64,000 nt of DNA from Adineta vaga (taxonomy: Eukaryota > Animalia > Rotifera). The notes beneath the pieces are model-generated. The model searched no databases. It saw only the letters and a program-made list of their open reading frames with translations, and was not told where the DNA came from. Both the position numbers and the translations under genes were made by a program. Where the stretch lies: positions 11,470,001 to 11,534,000 of the forward strand of contig CP075495.1 in NCBI GenBank assembly GCA_021613535.1, given 5' to 3'. Shown here one piece after another: positions 29,159 through 40,409 of this stretch; position 1 is the stretch's first letter, and each line of letters starts with the position of its first letter.

Positions 29159-29928
29159 TCCGAACAAATAAACATGTCAGAAAGAGTTTTTTTCTTCTCT
29201 TCTTTTTCTTCCCTATAATAAGCAGAGTCCAATCGATAAGAAGAAATTCGATTAGATTTACTATTCATCGGTTAGTACTTATATTGCATATTGATCGGCA
29301 GTGAAGGCAAAAAAAACCGAGAGAACAAGAAACAGATGAACGGATCGACATAAGACGATTAATTCAAGAGAAGAATGACAAAAAACATCAACAAAGAAAA
29401 AAATGTTTCAGTAATACGTGCATCCGTAGTTTTTCCGACACTCGACTGTTTAAATCTAGATAAATATAATGATGATCTGCATTGATAATAAAAAAAAATT
29501 GTTCTCTAGAGAGAATAAGAGAGTCGACATTTCAAGAGAGAGAAAGGAAGAGAGAGTAGAAAGAAAATAATCATAAATAACCGACGGAAATGACATGGAT
29601 AGATTGATAGAACTTGAAGATAGAAATTTCCGTTCGAAATGATTTATTTTATATCAAATTTTATTCATCAATGGACAATATTATAATGTTTGTTTTTCGC
29701 ACACATAAAATTAAGTCGAATGATTAAAGACAAAAAATACTCAAAGCAACAAAACATTATATAGGCATACTTCAACGATTTTCACTTTGCATTTCATGTT
29801 TTTCTTTTGTTTTTGTTGTGCGCAGGTTGCGTTAGTTGCTTATAAACACTTTGAAAAGTTACACTTAGTGATTTCTTTTCACATTAACAATCTGTGTTCG
29901 TTCCGACTGCAACTATCACTGTAGCAAA

Positions 29929-30879
29929 ATGAAGCAAGTCAACATTGAAAACTAAACGAATTTGTATGGTCTATTTTCATTTATAGAAATGAACGAAGTG
30001 GAAGAAGTCGAGAAAATTCAGCAAGTCATTCACGTTTTGAGAGCGGTTCAAGTAGATATTTCAATGCATTAGATATTGGTCATTCTGTTTTTGCAAAAAA
30101 ACATTATTATAATGATATGCTCTCTGTGCATCCATGGACACGTCGTCCACTTTCACGAAATTCTGGTATTCCATATCCAGCAATATCCGATACTCCATGC
30201 TCGCCTCGTCATGATGAAATATCGAAACCAAGACTTCGACGAGAAAATCATATTCGACAAGGTAATTTTTACGATTAGTTCAGCTCAAATATTTGTCTTC
30301 AAAAACTTTCTATAGAATTTTTTGATAATATTACCAATTATGGATATAGTGGTGTGCCACATGCAGCATTGAATGCACACTGTTCCGAATATCTCTCGGC
30401 ACTTGCTCTTCCAAGAGGTACGTCGACCAATAATCAACAATCTTCGGGAGAATACTCCTCAAAACAAGCACAAGGAAAGAATCAATCACAACAAGCTTCA
30501 AGAAATAATGCTCCACAGCAACAAGGAAAGAATCCACCACCACCAGCAACTTCGGGAAAGAATGCACCACCACCACAGGCTTCAGGAAAGAATCCACCGC
30601 CACCAGCTTCGGGAAAGAATGCATCAACCACCACAGGCTTCTGGAAAAAATCCACCACCACCAGCTTCGGGAAAGAATGCACCACCACCAAAGGCTTCTG
30701 GAAAAAATGCACCACCAACAACTTCGGGAAAAAATCCACCACCACCACAGGCTTCAGGAAAGAATCCACCGCCACCAGCTTCGGGAAAGAATGCTGCACA
30801 ACAAGTATCAGCAAAGAATCTTCCAACTGAACCATCCAATGTGAATAATGCATCGGAGAAGTCACGACGTAAAAAATGA
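29929..30879 (+). CDS. Protein with two THEG-like motifs and a Pro-rich tandem-repeat tail; apparent +1 frameshift at ~30627
   Basis: Exons 29929-29933, 29987-30261 and 30316-30879 join in frame. Motifs IPYPAISDTPCSPRHDEISKPR and VPHAALNAHCSEYLSALALPR resemble THEG repeats, followed by (ASGKNP/APPP)n. Confidence 0.55.
30525..30795 (+). repeat. Coding minisatellite, about 9-10 units of 27/30 bp (GKN[P/A]PPP[Q]AS)
   Basis: Directly visible repeated ggaaagaat(c/g)caccaccacca..gcttc units. Confidence 0.95.
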
Positions 30880-31523
30880 ACTTATTTCAAGTAATTACAA
30901 AATAATGAACACATTTCAAAGAAAATATTTTTATCTATATTTCGTATCAATATAAAATTAATTATTTCTTATTCCAAAAAATTTTATTTCGAAAGGTCAT
31001 TTATTCAAATTGTGCTTGTGGGAATTCAATATGATATCTATGTTGATGAGAATGGCGAATTTCGAGATAGTGTTTCATAATTAGAAAACTTATTCTAGAA
31101 AGAATATATGTTTTCAAAATTTATTACAAACAAGATACATTAGATGCATGTATCATTGAATTAAAAATTTTATTTCTGATAAACTTTGCAAAACTAGGTC
31201 TAACAAAAAGAGCAAACTGAGTCGCAGTTTTATCAAATTAACTTTCTCTAAGACGACAATTGAACTACAATTTCTCATCATGTACTTGAATTTTTTTAAT
31301 GTTTCTTTGTTAATACAAGCTATGTTTTTGAATGATTTGCCAAAAACAGGCGTTTCACTGAAAACTAATTCCATTTCTAATTAGAAATCTGATAATGAAT
31401 TCAAACTGAAATATGAAATCTTTGTGGATTAACGTTGTTGTATATATTCAGATTTGATAAAGAAGCTGAAATAGTATTATTATCGAGCTTTGTCTGTCAG
31501 AAGGTCACTTAATAAGTGAAGAC

Positions 31524-32625
31524 ATGAGTGCCATTGTTTCTCGATGGATTTCCACTATTGGTGGAAGTATATTACTTATTGTGGGTACCATCGGAGCATT
31601 ATTGAATATATCTGTATTCACTCATAGTTCACTACAGAAGTGTCCTTATTCATGGTATCTAGTTGTGGCAGCATTTTTTGATCTGATTACACTTGATCAC
31701 GCATTGTTATTACGAATTTTGGCAGATGGTTTCGGTATTGATCCTATTTCATCGCATACAATATATTGTCAATTGAGATTCTATACTGGACAGATTGCGT
31801 CATTCGTGCCTATTACACTTACATGTCTCGCTACTATTGATCGTTGGTCGGTAAGTCAACTAAACTCAAAGAATGTCAATTCTCTTCATTTTCGTATCTT
31901 GTTATTTTACAGTCAACATCTCGATCTGTTCGTATTCGTAAATGGAGTTCAATTCGTACAGCTCGCTATTCAATCATTATTATCATAGTTATATGGTGTA
32001 TTCTATCAATACCAAATCTTCTTGTCTATCAAGTTATCGATGGTATTTGTAAACAAACTTCCAGGATGTACAATGATTATACGGCGTTTTTTCTTAATCC
32101 AATTCTTTACGGTTTATTACCTGTATTAGTTTTAGCATCATTTGGTTATGCTACGTATGTGAATATTCATGAAATAACTACTCAACGACGACGAAACTAT
32201 GGAGAAATCGAAAAACAACTAACCAGAGCAATTATTCTTCATTGTGCTTCATTTATTGTTTCACAAGTAAGTATTACAATTGATGTTTATATTTAGAATA
32301 ATATTATTCTTTGTATATTTATCAATAGATATCATTTACATTGTGGAATCTTTATTTAACATTTACTCGTAATGAACAAAAATCTACGGCTCGTTCTGAA
32401 CTCGAAACATTATTTACACAATTGACGCGTTTACTCTTTTATTTTAATTATGTTTCAACGTTTTATATCAATCTCATTGCTTCGAAACATATACGTTATG
32501 TACTTAAATACAATTTCTGTTTACTTTTAGGTCGACGTGTACCCATCGTTCAGAATCGTATATATCCTTTTACAAATACAGTTTTAAAATCAAACAATCG
32601 TATACCAGTCTTCATATTAAATTAA
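31524..32625 (+). CDS. Rhodopsin-like (class A) GPCR, orphan; 3 exons
   Basis: Seven hydrophobic segments with TM1 GALLN, TM2 FFDL, TM3 YCQLR..LATIDRW, TM4 WCILSIP and TM7 FYIN. Confidence 0.88.
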
Positions 32626-33265
32626 TACTCTTAAATATTTTATATTGATTTTGATCTTTACAATTTTCTCGACAAAAAGCGTATAAAACACTGTAAAAAA
32701 GTATAAGATGAAATTGATTGATTTTTAATAAATTTATTATCTCGATTTGACATATGTATATATATAATACTCTTTATATTTTATTTGAAAGGCTATTGTG
32801 ATAAACTTTATTCATTCTTCATATTTATAAAGTTTGCAAATTCAAATCTGAAAAATCTTTTCTTTTTTCTCTACGAAATTAATTGACTCTTAAATGTTCA
32901 TATTAATATTTATGATACTGACAAGTTTTGTTTTGCGTGTTTATTTAGATTTTCTATGTTTGCATGTAAACTTTATCTGATATATTCACATTATCGCAAA
33001 CTAATCATTATGCATGAAGTTGATTGATTTAAATTATCAAGAGAATTACGGTGTCCTATTGTCAGATGGGAACAGAACGATGCCTATCTGTCTTTCTTAT
33101 TAAAAGACTTCAAGTCAATTTACTCTTCTGTAAAGAGAACATGTCGTCTTCACTGAAGTCTATTAACTTTCTCCATTTTTTGCTCTTCCTTCTCCATCTT
33201 AAAAGTGAATTTAAGAGGAATATAAACAGAAAAAAAGGAAGGTTTAGCACATGCCGGTAATGAAC

Positions 33266-33303
33266 ATATATATATATATATATATATGTGTGCGTGCGTG
33301 TGT
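33266..33303. repeat. (AT)n followed by (GT/GC)n microsatellite upstream of the SLC7 gene
   Basis: atatatatatatatatatatatgtgtgcgtgcgtgtgt. Confidence 0.85.
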
Positions 33304-33954
33304 GGGTGTCTGCGTGGGTAGAGGCAGAGAACAGATAATAGAAAAGATGTTGTGTTGAACGTACTACTTCGTTTTTCTTTCTCTTTTTCTATTCCTATCG
33401 GCCTCTCAGTAAGATTTTTTCCTACAAACGTTGTCTCTTTCTTTTAGTGTTTTTTTTTCTTGTGCTTGTCTGTAGTATTACGAGTTATAGAACGTAGCAC
33501 CATTCTCTATTAATACAGAAAGAAAGAAAAGAGAGTTGGAGTATGCACACGCGTTTGGTTAGCCGTAGTGGTCGATTATATTTTTTATTCCTTCGATTTA
33601 TCTTTGTTTCTTTTCTCTGCCATGTTTTACATGCTAGATCGTACCCGAATATGATAGCGATCTTTTATCTTCGAATGAAAATTCATCGATTTTTTATCGT
33701 CAGAAACAAATGAATGCTGAATTTCTTTGTCTTGTATCGTTTTTTCTTTTCAATCTTATTCATTTTTAAGTTTCTCTTCGAATAAAAGTTATTCGACACT
33801 TCGCGGTGGTATCATTGGATCACATATCAAAATGTATACGTGTGAATACATGATTGAAATTTCGTAAGATAAGGAGAAAAGAAATATATAGATATATAAG
33901 CTATTTGGAATCAGTACACGTCTATACTTACTTGATTTTTTTAAAACATTTTAG

Positions 33955-35757
33955 ATGGTTTCATCAAAAGGTGACCATGCAGCGAACGTACCTTCGCTAT
34001 CAACGCGAACAATTACTCATCAACCGACGATGGGTCTGCTTGATGCGATTAATCTTCTTCTAGCATGTATTATTGGATCAGGTATATTCATTAGTGCTAA
34101 AGCAGTATTGGAATATTCGGGTTCTTATGGATTTTCAATTGTGGTTTGGATCAGTTGTGGTTTACTTTGTATTATGGTAAAGAAATGTTTTTCGAAAGAA
34201 ATTAAAATACTATTTCAAAATTCTTTACAGGGAGCTTTATGTTATGCTGAATTAGGTTGTGCATATGTTTCATCAGGTGGTGATTATACATATCTTCGTG
34301 TAGCATTTGGTAATTTTATTGGTTTTCTTCGTGTTTGGATTGAAGTTGCTCTATCACGACCAATGATTGTAGTTTTAAGTGTATTAACAGCATCAAATTA
34401 TCTCGTCTATTGGTTTTATCCAACTTGTAAACCATCTGATGTCTTAGTAAAGTGTTTATCTTCAGTTCTATTATTAATTGTCGGTTTTATCAATTTATCA
34501 TCAGCTGCATGGACAAATCGTCTTCATCAAATATGCAATTATTTTAAAATCGGTAGAAAATTATAAATTGATTTCTTGGAAATTGATTTCTTAATTAAAA
34601 CGTTTTTTAGTTTCTCTATTAATTGTCATACTTGCTGGTTTCTATAACTATATCTTGGTAGAGTAGAAAACTTCTCTGAACCATTTGAAGGTTCTACTTA
34701 TGGAAAAATTACAAGTGCACTTTATGCTGGTCTTTTTCCTTATTCTGGATGGTAAAAATTGAATGAAAAATGTCTTTTAATGGTAAGAAGAATTTTTCTT
34801 ATTTTATTTAAGGAATTATTTAAATAATGCAATCGATGATCTTAAAGATCCCAAACGAATTTTACCACGCTCAATTGTTATTTCCTTATTAATTTGCATA
34901 TTTATCTATTTTCTCACGTTCAGTTCTTATTTTACTGCTCTATCCGCATATGAAATCTTAATGTCCGATGCCACAGCTGTTAGTTTTGCTGAACGTGTTT
35001 TTCGACCATTATTATATCTTATACCCATTGGCGTGACAATGTCATGTGTTGGCGGTAATCAATCCTTTCGTTTCAGACAAATGAATAATTCAGAAGTATA
35101 TTTTTAGCTGCCTCAGGAAATATATTTACGATCGGACAAATGTTCAACGGTAAGTGGAACGTTCGATCCATTGTTTTCTTTTGATTTTTCTTTCCTTCTT
35201 TGTAGTCGCTGGTCATGATGGTTTGATGCCACATATTTTTTCAATGAAACATTATCAATCTAATGTACCTATGATTGCAATTCTATGCGAAATTATCCTT
35301 AGTTTTGTTTTTCTTTTCTTCATGTCTAATATCGGAAAATTGATTATCTGTGTCGGTATGATCAATTGGATATGTATGTACTGAGTTTCAAAGAATATAT
35401 ATTTTGATTATAAAACACTTTTATTTTTATTTTTGCTAAACAAAAGGTATCTTATTGGCTGCTGTTGGTTTAATTGTTCTTCGTTATAAACATCCTGATC
35501 GTGAACGTCCATTAAAAGTTCCCATGGCAATCCCAGTTTTATTCATTGCAATTTTAGTTATTTTAATTGTTGCAAGTGCATTGACAGATCTGGAAAATAT
35601 TACTACATCTGTACTTTTATTAGCAACAGCTATTCCTGCGTATGTTTTTGGTGTTATGTGGAAAAAGAAACCGAAAAGTTTTAATCGTAAATATAATTCA
35701 TTTGCATTAATGTTACAAAAAGTATTTCATGTCGTACATGATGAACATACTGATTAA
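33955..35757 (+). CDS. SLC7/LAT-family L-amino acid transporter light chain (APC superfamily)
   Basis: IIGSGIFISAKAVL, GALCYAELG..SGGDYTY, FPYSGWNYLN, LKDPKRILPRSI and LRYKHPDRERPLKVP. Confidence 0.93.
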
Positions 35758-36329
35758 AATAAAAAGGCAATATCGTTTGTTTTTGATTTTTATAAGTCGA
35801 TTCTGTTCCGTTCGTTGCATTTGTCTTTGTAAACCTGTCACAGTGTCTTTTTTTTATACATCAAAGTAAAAACCTCGTTCTTCGTCTTTTTTCTTCTTCT
35901 TTTACTTAGTTCTTGTATTTGGCGGTTATTATCATTATTTAACTTTCTGATTTCTGTATATGTACACATATAGAAATAAGAATAAGATCTAGAAATAAAA
36001 AAAAACAGTATTTAACCTTGATCAAAAAATATTCAATAGAGTAATAAAGTACTATAATGATATATAGACAATACTGACATCTGTTTCATTCATAAAATTC
36101 CATTTCTAAAGACATTACCAAGGATATTTGTTTGAAAATGAAAATTTATTCAACTGCTCGAAATACATCACTTACAATTGAATACTTGTTACTATTATGT
36201 TTGTTTGTTTTTCGATTAAAATAAATCGAACTTAGAAAAACATCAAAGACTTCTGTTTCTTTGATATTTGATATTTTCAAAAGTAAAAATTTTCTTCAAC
36301 ATTATACGACCTTGTGAATAGTGAGAACA

Positions 36330-37764
36330 ATGACTACTATGTGTGGCTATGAAGCTATGCGAAGTGGAAAACATCTTCTATTCTATGTTAATCGCGATGG
36401 TCTACCTTTGTCAGATCGATGTAATGAACGTATGTGGAATTTTTGTACGGAACAATATCCTAATCGTAAGTATTTCTTTCCCAATAAGATAAGATCGAGT
36501 AGTTGTTAAGTACATAACAAACTATTTCAAAGTTATTTCTGATTTATGGTACGCTTTTCTGGTATGTTATCATCACATTTGAAGGGAAAGAATGTTAAAG
36601 ACACCTGAGTATCGTTAATAGCTATTTCTAACAAACGGAAAATACTTTTGAATAGATAGATTGCATATAGATTCTGAGAGAAATGAATATTATTATTATT
36701 AATTAACACGAAACAGTTAATGATGAAGCATAAATTAATTAAGAGAGACCTCCCAACGGATTTATCGCAATAAGTACATATGAAAATTCACTTGATTGAT
36801 TAATACAATTCATTCATGTATTCTTTGTTAAGATGCTTCGGAAATAAAAACTCTTCGTGATCAAATTACGAGTTATCCTAAAGTAACTTACATTGAACCA
36901 CCTTTTCATCTGGCATCAAACAATCGTTTGAGTGTTCGAGAAAAATTACAACAAATTCAGACATATATTCAACGTCTTGAATATAATTATACTGGTATGC
37001 AATTTTTTGAAATTAATACAAATCGTCCTATATCTGGTTTAATGGATGCTGCTCGACATATGTAAGATAGTTGAACCAATAAAAAAATAGAAAATAATTC
37101 GTTTTCTTTCAGGATGATAGAAGCATTACCAATAAAATGTTTAGAAGCTTTTCTAATTGCTGTTTATCTAACAACAGGTATGAGAGATGTGGAACGATTT
37201 AATATTTCATTTAAAACACGTTTCAATTCAATTACATATCGCCATGTGGTTCTTGGTATAAAATATAATCAAACATATGCTGCTTTAGGTTTAAGTCGTC
37301 GTACTGATCTTGCATATAAACCATTAAATGGTAAATATGATCGTTTATCAACTTTAATTGATGATTATTTACATGCATATAAAAATTATGGTCATACAGT
37401 TTTACGTATTAAGATTGGTTTACCAATTCTACATGATTTAAAATCATTTTTAACGATTCATTGGAAAGCAATTGTTATTCTACCAAATAAAACAGATAAA
37501 AATGATTATGAACGTGAATTAGATAAGGTTGCTCGTGTATGGAGACAAATGAATATGTATATGTCATATCGAGGACATGTTCAACCAGCATCATTAGTAC
37601 AACCTGCGAGTATCCTTTTAACAACAACATCGTTACCGAATCGTCTACAATCAATACCATGTCGACCTAATAGTGATACTGCATCGAATAATCGTCAATC
37701 GGTGATAAATAAAACTCATACTACGGTGCAAGATCAATTGATACCTTTTGCGATTCGTGTCTAA
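36330..37764 (+). CDS. VASH: Vasohibin (tubulin tyrosine carboxypeptidase); 3 exons
   Basis: FYVNRDGLPL, LEYNYTGMQFFEI, EALPIKCLEA (catalytic Cys), RHVVLG (His) and ALGLSRR. Confidence 0.95.
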
Positions 37765-38041
37765 TTTTTATACTGATTTTTTTAGATATATCTATATGTA
37801 TGTATACATATACACTTGTTTTTTTGCTGAAGAATAGAGAAAAAAAAGTGACAGAGGAAAAAAAATACATCTGCACAAAACTAGTAGTAGCAAACAGGCA
37901 TGTTTAAGATGAAAACTAATCGAGTAAACAGAAATGAAAGGATATACAAATATAGATTTAATTATGAACGAAAGAGATCAACGAGATTTTAGATATTATT
38001 GTTCGAACTGTTTCAAATTCCAATTTGATTCTATGGCAAGC

Positions 38042-39319
38042 TTATGTAGGTTTTGTTTGATTGTTGTTCACAGCTTCGTTATAATTTGGTGGAGCAGCTA
38101 TTAAAAACAAAAGAAACTGTGTGAATAAAAGATCTTCATATTAAAACTAGTTTTGTCGATATTTGTAGAGAAAATAGTAACGTATTTTACCTTCTGTAAC
38201 TTGATATGGATTATATGGTTGTTGGTGAGGTGGATATGGCATGTGTTGTTGTGGAGGTGGATACGGCATTTGTTGCTGTGGAGGATAAGGTGTGTACGTT
38301 CCATTGAAATTTTGTGGTGGAGCAGCATATGGATTCATATTTGGTGGATAATTCATTTGTGGTGGTGGTGGTGGCTGATAAAAAGCTGGTCCATATTCAT
38401 CAATTGGGGGTTCTACTGGAACCATTATAGTATCTTCTATTAAAAAAAAAGCCAATATGAAGACACATCGTACTAACAATAAAAAGATTCATACTGTAAC
38501 TTTCTCGGCGACGTTTCACCAATAATACAACAGCAATAGCAACAATTGCAATAATGATGCATATCCAAATCAAATTCAAACCGTCCGCATTGGACGACTG
38601 AAACGAAGAACAACAATTAATTCAATAAAACTATCGGTAATGATTTAAAATCAAACTTGGTTTGATAATCCCGAACACAACAATATTGTTTTCCATATTC
38701 ACCGCAACAATGTTTTGCATCACGTTCAAATCCATTTAATGGACAACGAAATTGTCCAAATCGTGTACCATTTAAATCTTCATTGTTTACACAAGTTTCT
38801 CCATCTAAGTTATAAATGAACGTCATTCTCTGTATACATATATTAATCAAATAAAAATTTACTTCCATATCCTGCTTCATAATATCCAGGACGATAGGAA
38901 TGTGACATTGATCTCATCAGTGAATATGCTGCTACACCACCTAACGCTCCAGCACCAAAACTCATTGCATTTTTTTTAAAACTACTTCCTGACGAACTAA
39001 ACACAAATTATTAAATAAGATCTTAACAAACTATTTAACAAATAACTTACGGTTTTCTCATGTTATTATAGCTTCCATAATTATTTGCTCGATTAGAACT
39101 TGATGAGCCACCAAATAAACCTCCACCTTTAGATCCACCTCTAGAACCACCTTTAAAACCTCCACCTCGTCCGAATCCTTTACCATTAGTACATGTTGTA
39201 AATAAAACTACATTTAAAAAGATAAAGTCATTCATGTATAAGGATTCATTTATCATGATTAACTTACATGAAACAAACAACAGAGTAAAAAACCATCGAA
39301 ACAGATGATTTTCCGACAT
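38042..39319 (-). CDS. Shisa-like (six-Cys, single-TM) protein with Gly-rich N-terminus and Pro/Tyr-rich tail
   Basis: Signal peptide, GGGFKGGSRGG tract, C..FRCP..CCGEYGKQYCC domain, TM WICIIIAIVAIAVVLLV, PPPPQ-rich tail and terminal PPNY. One junction (~38656) is off by 1 nt. Confidence 0.8.
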
Positions 39320-39491
39320 TGTTTTATCAAAAACAGAAAAAAAGAAAATCTGAAATAATAAAAAAACACACGATTAAACATTTATTCAATACATTTTAGT
39401 TTAACCTGAGTATATGATGCACAGAAATAAGATAAAAACAGACACACACACACAAAAGAAATTTTATTTAAATATGTATTTATTATATATA

Positions 39492-40409
39492 TTACATGTT
39501 ATTTAACTTTTGAACAGCGTCGTAATACGATGGAGGAACTAAAAAGATCTTTCTTAATTGAAATTCAAAAGAAAAAGAAAACGTACGGTCTGAATTATGA
39601 TGATTAGTTGCAAGATTGATCGATTGTGTTTGATCAATATCATTTGATTCGTTTGGACCTAGATAACAAAAAGCAAATCATCACTATTAATGTATTAAAT
39701 CATTTTCCAGTATTTAGAAGAAAAACGATCAACAAAAATAGAATTAGGAAGTATTTGTCTGTCTTTTTTCCTCATTGTATCAAGCGAGCGACTGAAATAT
39801 TAGTAATAATTAATCGAAACCATACATACGTTCAGCATCTGACTGAGCAGTAGGGACGTAGGTATGAGCTAAATAAATAAAAAGAAATGCGATGATAATA
39901 AAAGCAGACGATGAAAAGATCCTTCTATTCTATTCTTTATGCTCTATCAATTCATATAATCTTTTTCAAAAAAAAGCATTTCAGTAATTAGACTCTTGTA
40001 TCTTTTGTTAGTTTACATTGACGTCAATAATTTGTTTTCCTTCATTCTTTTTAGAAATCTAATACATAAAATATACTCACTTTTTCGTGCTAAATACCGA
40101 CGATAATAAACAATGCAACAGGCAAGAAGTAAAACCAAAAGACTACAAGCTGATATAATACCAACAATGGCACCAACTGCTCGTCTGCCGCTAAATAAAA
40201 AGAATTAATATTGTCAATCAAATCATTAGAGCATAAAAGTACAACTACATTTTTTTGGAGAAAATATAATTAAAAAATGTTTCTATTTTTTGCATTGAAG
40301 TTTTTTTTTTATTTCTCAACCTTTCTCTAGTCCTTTCTTTTTTGCTTGATCACTAAATATTCAGTCCTTAAATAAGCATATCATTTGCTAGAAAAATGAC
40401 GTACAGCAT
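39492..40409 (-). CDS. Small single-TM protein (~77 aa) with C-terminal PPSY motif; absent from the ORF track
   Basis: Exons 40409-40405, 40190-40081, 39658-39587 and 39538-39492 have canonical GT/AG sites and matching phases, giving MLGRRAVGAIVGIISACSLLVLLLACCIVYYRRYLARKSPNESNDIDQTQSINLATNHHNSDLPPSYYDAVQKLNNM*. AATAAA follows the stop. Confidence 0.75.

Noticed and set aside
30331-30865. Several minus-strand ORFs (GGGGFFPEA repeats) over the minisatellite
   Set aside because: They are shadow frames of the stop-free plus-strand coding repeat.
31018-31024. GTGGGAA CSL-binding consensus upstream of the GPCR
   Set aside because: A single 7-mer with no paired site is expected by chance in 64 kb.
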